Notes under the pieces: model-generated
Databases searched by the model: none
Seen by the model: the letters and a program-made list of their open reading frames with translations, nothing else
Told to the model about the DNA's origin: nothing
Part shown: positions 34,862 to 41,271 of the stretch, in pieces
How positions within the stretch are numbered: the first letter of the stretch is position 1
How the letters are laid out: each line of letters starts with the position of its first letter
Translations under genes and position numbers: made by a program
NCBI GenBank assembly: GCA_041650715.1
Contig: JBAZKQ010000001.1
Location: 723,913 to 787,912, forward strand
Direction: 5' to 3'
Length of the DNA: 64,000 nucleotides
From: Patescibacteria group bacterium
Lineage (GTDB): Bacteria > Patescibacteriota > Patescibacteriia > Patescibacteriales > UBA12465

Positions 34862-35632
34862 TTATTTTTGCCAGAAAAATTCCAAAATCTTGACCTGGGT
34901 TTCTGGAGTGGGTTTTTCCACTCCCGAGAATCCATTCTTCGGATCACCACCGGCCCAGCGAGCGAATGTCGTTCCATCCTCAGTGAGAGCATAAAACTGC
35001 ATGTGCCGTGGACCGAAATAAATCCATTTTCCATTGAGGCCGTCAACGGTCAGAAGTTCAGCGTACTGACCAAAAATGCGGTCGGTAATTGCCGAAGTGG
35101 AGCCCTTTGGGCAACGGACAAACCATTTTTCGCCCCGGATTTCAGCCGACCGGATATCAGCTACTGCTTGGGCCTCTTGATCAGGAGTGACGCCCTGCGA
35201 CAAGCGGTCTTGGGCACGAACAATTTTAATTTCGTTTTCAGTTGCGCCCATCGCCCTTAATGCCGGAATGTATCCTTTATCATTGGCGGCGATAAGGAGT
35301 TGATGGTGAGTAAGTTCTACTCCCAAAAGAGCGGCCACCTGCTCGATTGAGGATTTTTCGTTGAAACGATTTTCATCACGGTAAATGTGATGATCAATAT
35401 TAATTGCGTTCCAACGAGCGAGCCCGCCCAGTTCAACCCCGTAAATCACGGCCGAAGGATTAGCGGATAAAACTCCCTCAACTTTTTCAACCACGGTTTG
35501 TTCTAACCTGGCCCAGGTTGCTCCCCAGGCTTGACGGGTAACTACGTGACTGATTTTAGCGGCCTGAAGAATTTTACGGATTTCTACCGCTTCGCCATCA
35601 TTAGCTGGCACTATGAAAAAAATTTTTTCCAT
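34862..35632 (-). CDS. DHH-motif protein (putative phosphoesterase), paralog 2
   Basis: 256 aa. Contains NIDHH and AANDKGY. Start is coupled to the upstream stop (UAAUG). Confidence 0.6.
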   Translation of the reverse strand: MEKIFFIVPANDGEAVEIRKILQAAKISHVVTRQAWGATWARLEQTVVEKVEGVLSANPSAVIYGVELGGLARWNAINIDHHIYRDENRFNEKSSIEQVAALLGVELTHHQLLIAANDKGYIPALRAMGATENEIKIVRAQDRLSQGVTPDQEAQAVADIRSAEIRGEKWFVRCPKGSTSAITDRIFGQYAELLTVDGLNGKWIYFGPRHMQFYALTEDGTTFARWAGGDPKNGFSGVEKPTPETQVKILEFFWQK

Positions 35633-36063
35633 TACACAAAGTTTAATTGGCCACCAAGCTCATAAGCAACGGCGTCCTGGTTGGTTAAAACTTTTATCTC
35701 TTCGGCGAGCGAAGCTAAGTTCTTCCGAACTTTACTGGCTATGCCTATACCCCAGAGAATCCAAATATATTCAATTTGAACCACTCCGTTTTCGGATAGT
35801 ACCCACATACCGCTAGCCGGGGTTTCATTGCTGAACCCCAAACTCTTAGCATGTTCACGTAGCTTCTGGACGTGCTCGGTTGCCACCGGCTCACCAGTTT
35901 TTTGTAGAGTTGGGATATATAGGGCATCCCGTCCCCCTTTAAATTCTTCTCCGAGTTCCGAAAGTTCTTCAGTGGAATATGTCCACCAACCGATTTCCGG
36001 TTCAAGAGTACACCCACCAGCTCTAAGAGCCGCCTCAAGAGGCGACTTTGCTAAATATTTCAT
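35632..36063 (-). CDS. hypothetical protein (143 aa)
   Basis: The ORF starts 24 nt after HHR-2 and its stop overlaps the next start. No motif recognised. Confidence 0.55.
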   Translation of the reverse strand: MKYLAKSPLEAALRAGGCTLEPEIGWWTYSTEELSELGEEFKGGRDALYIPTLQKTGEPVATEHVQKLREHAKSLGFSNETPASGMWVLSENGVVQIEYIWILWGIGIASKVRKNLASLAEEIKVLTNQDAVAYELGGQLNFV

Positions 36064-36087
36064 CTACCGCGTTGTTTTAATGAACAT

Positions 36088-36140
36088 TTCCGTTTCGTCG
36101 TTTCCGACTCATCAGCACCGACATACATCGGTTGACGGAA
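36088..36140 (-). ncRNA. type III hammerhead ribozyme (HHR-2)
   Basis: Minus strand: UUCCGUC|AACCGAU-GUAU-GUCGGUG-CUGAUGA-GUCG-GAAA-CGAC-GAAA-CGGAA. Core and stem II are identical to HHR-1. Stems I and III carry compensatory changes. Confidence 0.9.
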
Positions 36141-36180
36141 GAGCAAGTTTGAACGACTTGCTCTTTTTTGAACGCCCTTG

Positions 36181-36579
36181 CTATTTAGCCTTGGGCCGAA
36201 AATCCAAGTACTCGAACTCCACTTCCAAAAAAGTGAGTTGAGTTGTTGACTGGCCCAATTTTTTCGCGGTCCTTTTCAGAACCTTGAGAGTCGCGGCTTT
36301 GTAGGCCGCTAATTCGGTGTATTCCGGATTACATTCGCCAGTGATGGCGACTGTAATTTCACCTCCGACAGGGCAGCCCCAGTCTTTGTGATAAACCGTG
36401 CGCGCCGACGTAATCACGGCTCCAACATAGGTGCCGTATTTTTTCATAACTGCGGCCGCTGATTGCTGCCATGCTTTTGCAGCGATTTCCACTGCATTGT
36501 CGGCAGTAATCACTGCATTGTCGTGGCCATAGCCTGCAACAACTCCCAGGCTGGCAAAAAATTTACTGGTTTTTTTCAT
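36181..36579 (-). CDS. hypothetical protein (132 aa)
   Basis: ORF preceded by the conserved leader hairpin and an A-rich tract. No motif recognised. Confidence 0.55.
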   Translation of the reverse strand: MKKTSKFFASLGVVAGYGHDNAVITADNAVEIAAKAWQQSAAAVMKKYGTYVGAVITSARTVYHKDWGCPVGGEITVAITGECNPEYTELAAYKAATLKVLKRTAKKLGQSTTQLTFLEVEFEYLDFRPKAK

Positions 36580-36606
36580 TTTTTTCTTTTTTCGTCCGCG
36601 ACACCA

Positions 36607-36661
36607 TTGTCCGGATTATTCTGTAGTCCATAAATTATGAAATTCAAAATAATCCGGACAA
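36607..36661 (-). promoter_or_regulatory. conserved 5'-leader long hairpin, copy 2
   Basis: Perfect 14-bp arms at 36607-36620 and 36648-36661 (UUGUCCGGAUUAUU / AAUAAUCCGGACAA). Confidence 0.6.
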
Positions 36662-36719
36662 TATGATCCACAAAAAATGAAAAATCTTTTTCGACTATTC
36701 AATTTCAAAGAACTTTTTT

Positions 36720-37668
36720 TCCTCTACCTAATCTAATTAATCTATTCTGAGGAAGTTCCCGAGTCCCAAGCTTGTTCAAGGCTTAATGGCTCGGCCGATC
36801 TCCTCATAAGAGACGGTCACGATTGTCGCTTTTCTCCGAGCCTTTTCTCCTTTCGGAAATACGGCCACAAGATACTTGGATCGCCTGCGCCCTTGATTAT
36901 AGTTTGCGACATAATCTCGGGATCAGCTCGACTAACCGTTTATTCTTTCCGGTCCGTAGGCCACGAAAGAAGCAAACGAATGAGCGCTTGCTGGTCTTAG
37001 GAAATGAACTCTCTCCCTGACTCGCAATTTTTGCGAGCAGATGTTAATTCATCTTAATCTCCTAAAATCGACACTAATCGCTCGATAATTTTTTTATTAT
37101 TTATGTACGATAGATTATTCCTTAATCTAATTAGGAGAACGGTTTAACCGCCGTTCTTTCGGCTCTCCGCTAAGCGGATAGTGATGAAGGGGAGAAACGA
37201 ATACATTATTTTGTGGCGCGCATGGGGCTGCACCGCTCTCTCTCCTCTCCATTACTATTCACTCAACAAAAAACTCTCTATTATGGAGAGAGCAAAGTTC
37301 CTATATATGCGGGCGCGCCTTAGCTTAATCAAGCCTCTGCGCTCACGTATATATCTTGGTTTTAAATAATGGCTCTCTCCTTCCATTACTTTTCTATTTG
37401 TAAATGTTCGTCTCGACTTCTCGCCCGGCTCTTGGCCTGGGCATTAGCGGAGACTGGGTCTCTCTTATCTTATTGATAAGGGATGGCCACTCGCCGTTAA
37501 GGCTTTCCCTGTTCTTACCCTTCGGATTGGACTACCACCATGCTCTCTCCTTCATAATGGTCGTCACTCTAACCCAGCTAAGTATAGAATCGGGGAGTGA
37601 TATCTCTTTATTAATGAATGTACTGGGATGTGTCCGAATGTCTCTTTGCCTTTTCTCACTTTCGATAC
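36720..37668 (-). ncRNA. candidate large structured non-coding RNA or long leader (no ORF of 60 aa or more on this strand)
   Basis: Lies downstream of the minus-strand promoter at 37701-37673. Dense local hairpins. Three GGAGAGAG-containing repeats (plus coordinates 37538-37560, 37367-37390, 37233-37256) and a complementary GCUCUCUCC (37285-37293). Class unknown. Confidence 0.45.
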
Positions 37669-37672
37669 TAAC

Positions 37673-37701
37673 AGTTTAGCATAGATATTTAATCTTGTCA
37701 A
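37673..37701 (-). promoter_or_regulatory. sigma70-like promoter facing the GC-rich block
   Basis: Minus strand TTGACA (37701-37696), 17-nt spacer, TAAACT (37678-37673). Confidence 0.55.
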
Positions 37702-37797
37702 TACTAAATCTTACATTTTATTGCTATTGTTAGCAAAACAGCGGACAGTATTGAGTAAAATAGGCATATTTATTTACTAAAAGTGTCATTATTTGAG

Positions 37798-37826
37798 TTG
37801 ACACCTATATTTAAATTTGCTATAAT
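37798..37826 (+). promoter_or_regulatory. consensus sigma70 promoter of the TrmB-like gene
   Basis: TTGACA (37798-37803), 17 nt, TATAAT (37821-37826). The -10 is embedded in palindromes GCTATAATATAGC and TATAGCTATA. Confidence 0.7.
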
Positions 37827-37911
37827 ATAGCTATAAACTACTATTTCGCTTGACGCCTAATAAGCGCAAACGAAATAAAAATCATTATTTGTAAAGTTAT
37901 CCCCAACCCAT

Positions 37912-38700
37912 ATGAACGAAAAAATCTTAATTAGTCTCGGTTTAAGCGGTGTACAAGCAGAGGTTTTTAGTTGCCTGCTCCAAAACGGACCGCAAAAAGC
38001 CAGTGATATCGCCAAATTAACCAAGCGCCCCCGCGGTGTCGCCTACAAAGGCTTAGAGGAATTGATTAGCTTGGGTCTGGCCAATAAAAAAGAAGCAAAG
38101 GCCGGTATAGCTGTCTTCGCGGCTGAGCACCCCTCGAATCTCGAGAAGGTCATAGAACAAAAAGAAAAAGACCTGGCTAAAACCAAGTCTGCTTTTGCGA
38201 GCTCCCTGCCCGATCTGATATCGACTTTCAATCTTGTCAGCAATAAGCCAGGAGTTAGATTTTATGAGGGGGAGGAAGGAATTAAAAAATCCCTGGAAGA
38301 TACCTTAAATTGCCAAGACATAATTTATACTTTTGCTGACATCGAGGCCGTTGAAAAAAACGTCAAAGAAATTAATGACGCTTACGCTAAAAAGAGGGAG
38401 AAGGCACAAATTAAAAAAAGAGTTATCGTCGCCGATACTCCTTTTAATCGCTCTTATTTAAAAAATTATAATGGCACTATTACCGAGTTTCGTTTTCTCC
38501 CCAAAGATTTTTACAGTTTTAACAGCGGCGTGCAAATTTATGAAAATAAAGTTTCTTATCAAGTAATTTCGGCGGAGAATAAGATGGCTATTATTATTGA
38601 AGACAAAAATATATACCAAATGAATAAGCTTTTATTTGAGTTTATCTGGGAAAAATTGGCAACTAAAATTAATGATTCTTCTCAAACGCCAAATACCTAA
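37912..38700 (+). CDS. TrmB-family HTH transcriptional regulator (paralog 1)
   Basis: 262 aa. N-terminal wHTH (LGLSGVQAEVFSCLLQNGPQKASDIAKLTKRPRGVAYKGLEELISLGL). The shared block PGVRFYEGEEGIKKSLEDTL matches ORF 52657..53430. Confidence 0.75.
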   Translation: MNEKILISLGLSGVQAEVFSCLLQNGPQKASDIAKLTKRPRGVAYKGLEELISLGLANKKEAKAGIAVFAAEHPSNLEKVIEQKEKDLAKTKSAFASSLPDLISTFNLVSNKPGVRFYEGEEGIKKSLEDTLNCQDIIYTFADIEAVEKNVKEINDAYAKKREKAQIKKRVIVADTPFNRSYLKNYNGTITEFRFLPKDFYSFNSGVQIYENKVSYQVISAENKMAIIIEDKNIYQMNKLLFEFIWEKLATKINDSSQTPNT

Positions 38701-41182
38701 TATTTCCCTGGGGTTCTTCATCCTTATCATAAAAATAACGCGTTAAAGTATATTTCCCCTTCTTCGCTTCCAGCTCCCGTCCCTCATCATCAACCTTGGG
38801 TAATAATTCACTCAAGGTTTTTTGATAGTCGGCCATCTCGGAATTTAAATCAAAACGCAAAACAAAAGTTTCGCGGCCAATTAAATCTTTTAACTCCACG
38901 CAGCTTTGCGCCGCCATTTTTAACTCACTAATCGTCAACGGACCGTCCTTCCCTTCCGGTCTAAGAGTATAATTTGAGTTGTTCTCTTTATCCAATTTTA
39001 TATTATATAAGCTTTCGCCGGTCTGATGATAATTCTCAATGATCCCGTTAGCCACAAAACCAATTTTTTCGACATAAGAACAACCCGCCGGAATTTTTAT
39101 GGAAGCAGTTGCCTCTAAAACATTATCGTCCCCTTCTCTCATTAAGGCTTTTTCCATCAGGTCATTGCCAATTGCTAAACCACGCAAATCTTTAGAAACA
39201 TTAAACGACCCGGCATAAACAGTGCTCCGGTCAGTTTTTTCAAAACGAACGAAACCGATTGCCTCATCTTTAAACTTTAAAATATAAGCCCGTTGGTTTT
39301 TATCATTTTCCAAAGCTTCCTCCAATCCGGACAGAGCCACCTTGGCCATTTTATCGTTGCCAAAATTATTCCAATTAGCTTCAGCCATTTCCAAAACCTC
39401 TTTCTTGTCTTTTTCGTTTATACCTTCACCGTAATCATTGACCTGTAAACTTAAATCTCGGGCCGATTCAATATTGAACTCTTTTTGATATTTCTTAATT
39501 GACTCTAAAAGGCCCGCTAAAATAGTTATTTCCGATTTATTATTGTTAAGATTATGCAGGAGCGCATCAAAATTTTTATTTTTGTTGTCCGCCAATTCTT
39601 CAATAATTTTCGCCGACTTCTGGAGTAAAACCTGACGCAAACCATTAACGGTATCGTCTTCAACACTTGTACCGCTCTTAAAAAACAGCGGAATTAGATC
39701 ATTAATCTTCTGTGTGGTAAGTTCATTTATCTTACTGATTGCCGAGAAAACCGCGCTTGCCTTTTCCGGAGCTATCCTATTGCCCAGACCCAACTCGATT
39801 ATCTTTTCACCGAGATTATTGCCCCGCTCCATGGCTAAAAACGTTTTTAGGCCATCAATGCCATAGCGTCCGACAAATTCTTTTAATTTCTGTTCATCTT
39901 TTATTTCCGATGTATAATTAGCGATTAAAATTTGTTCCGACCAAGACAATTCCCTAATTGGAGTTTTTGTTTCTAAAAATAAAGACCGAAAACGATTATG
40001 GACAAAATTTACATCATTGAGGTTAGACAAACGATCGGCATATTCTTCGACGGATTCTTGCGGCCGTTTCGGAAAATGGTCTGAAACATGATAAGGTTTA
40101 ATCCGCTCCTTCATATGTTCGGCTGGAATAGTCCGAAAAACATCCCGTTTGTCGGCAAAAGAAAAGTCTTTATATTCCGGCTCGGATAATTTATTAAAAG
40201 TGTATAAGATTTTTTCTCGGCCATGGCTTGTCTCCGTAATACCCATTAAATCTTTGGCTAGTTCCACTGCCTTAATGTCGGGCGTTATCTCCTTGTCTGT
40301 TCCGGTTATCTTATTACGGCCAATATAATATCTAACTAATTTATTATTTTCTCCAGAAATATTAACATAGGGGTTGGATCCGCCAAATTTGCGGTCATGC
40401 GAAAAAGACACGGCGGCCGACTCGGAATCAGTGGGTCGAGTTTTTAAATCTTCATTTTTAAATAGATTTAACGAGTCAATCGTCGGTAAGAATTTTTTAA
40501 TAAAAATCGTGGGGGTTCCCTCAAATGAATATTTCTTTCCATCCGCGACAAAAGTTATTCTGCGATTAAACAACTCTCGTGATTTTTTGAACGCAAAATC
40601 ATTAGTCTGCCCGTTTTTGGGATCAGTATATTCTAAATTTCCTTTTTCATTACGACGCAAATCAATTTCTTTAAACTTCTGTAAATAATATAATTCAGCT
40701 AATGATATATTGTTACCATCATCCAATTTAAGTTGGCTAGAAAATTCCGGCCGCTGACCAATTTCCCACGGCTTAATTATACCTTTAGAGAAATCGCCCC
40801 TCTTAGCATCTTCAATGTTGTTAGGGAGCGAAAGGAGCGGCTTTCCCGCCTGGGCGGCTGCACCATTATCGTCGCTCGCATCTTTCGCTAATCCCTTTTT
40901 ATCCCTTAAATAGTCTAAAATATCCTGATAATTTAAATAGTGTCTTCCCCCGTTTTGATTAATTGATTTGTTTATAAAACGATCGGACATTTTAAAGCCT
41001 CCGAGTGCATCGAGGTCAAACCGCTCTGCGCCATCCTCTCCGGAAATAATACCTAATTGTCTAAACTTTTTATCGACATCAGAAAAAATCAAGTCGCGAT
41101 CAAACCCGTCTGGTTGGTTCCCTGACTCGGCTTTTGAAATATCTGGCGCAATTACCTCATTTTTCAACATATATTGAATCAA
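38669..41182 (-). CDS. large hypothetical protein with GNAT-like acetyltransferase domain near the C-terminus
   Basis: 837 aa with no signal peptide or TM helix. AYILKFKDEAIGFVRFEK...VSKDLRGLAIGNDLMEKAL...GFVANG resembles the GNAT motif A region. The first ~620 aa are unassigned. Confidence 0.55.
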   Translation of the reverse strand: MIQYMLKNEVIAPDISKAESGNQPDGFDRDLIFSDVDKKFRQLGIISGEDGAERFDLDALGGFKMSDRFINKSINQNGGRHYLNYQDILDYLRDKKGLAKDASDDNGAAAQAGKPLLSLPNNIEDAKRGDFSKGIIKPWEIGQRPEFSSQLKLDDGNNISLAELYYLQKFKEIDLRRNEKGNLEYTDPKNGQTNDFAFKKSRELFNRRITFVADGKKYSFEGTPTIFIKKFLPTIDSLNLFKNEDLKTRPTDSESAAVSFSHDRKFGGSNPYVNISGENNKLVRYYIGRNKITGTDKEITPDIKAVELAKDLMGITETSHGREKILYTFNKLSEPEYKDFSFADKRDVFRTIPAEHMKERIKPYHVSDHFPKRPQESVEEYADRLSNLNDVNFVHNRFRSLFLETKTPIRELSWSEQILIANYTSEIKDEQKLKEFVGRYGIDGLKTFLAMERGNNLGEKIIELGLGNRIAPEKASAVFSAISKINELTTQKINDLIPLFFKSGTSVEDDTVNGLRQVLLQKSAKIIEELADNKNKNFDALLHNLNNNKSEITILAGLLESIKKYQKEFNIESARDLSLQVNDYGEGINEKDKKEVLEMAEANWNNFGNDKMAKVALSGLEEALENDKNQRAYILKFKDEAIGFVRFEKTDRSTVYAGSFNVSKDLRGLAIGNDLMEKALMREGDDNVLEATASIKIPAGCSYVEKIGFVANGIIENYHQTGESLYNIKLDKENNSNYTLRPEGKDGPLTISELKMAAQSCVELKDLIGRETFVLRFDLNSEMADYQKTLSELLPKVDDEGRELEAKKGKYTLTRYFYDKDEEPQGNIRYLAFEKNH

Positions 41183-41271
41183 TTAAAGCTTAAGCTTCGT
41201 GCCTTACCTATATTAATACTAACATATTTTGCTACTTTTGTAAATAGGCACCACTTTGCCCATGACGGCAT

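Noticed and set aside
34802-36241. Plus-strand and alternative-frame ORFs inside the block (34802..35260 +, 35613..35816 +, 35828..36241 +, 35745..36038 -, 34831..35046 -).
   Set aside because: They are antisense or out of frame to longer, better-supported minus-strand genes. They run across hammerheads and hairpins and have low-complexity, protein-unlike sequences.
36720-37668. Identity of the large non-coding region as RNase P RNA, tmRNA, SRP RNA, 6S RNA or a group II intron.
   Set aside because: Hallmark strings are missing: GGAAAGUCC/ACAGAA-type RNase P CRs, a tRNA-like 3' end with tag ORF, the GGAA/AGCA helix-8 motif, and 5' GUGYG with domain V. A GGCCGUAUUUCC-GAAA-GGAGAAAAGGC hairpin only superficially resembles domain V.
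36823-37679. Three plus-strand ORFs (65, 62 and 91 aa) in the ORF-poor region.
   Set aside because: They have no SD or promoter context and odd composition (Leu/Ser/Pro-rich from the CTCTCTCC repeats). They are antisense to the promoter-driven minus-strand transcript and are treated as chance ORFs.
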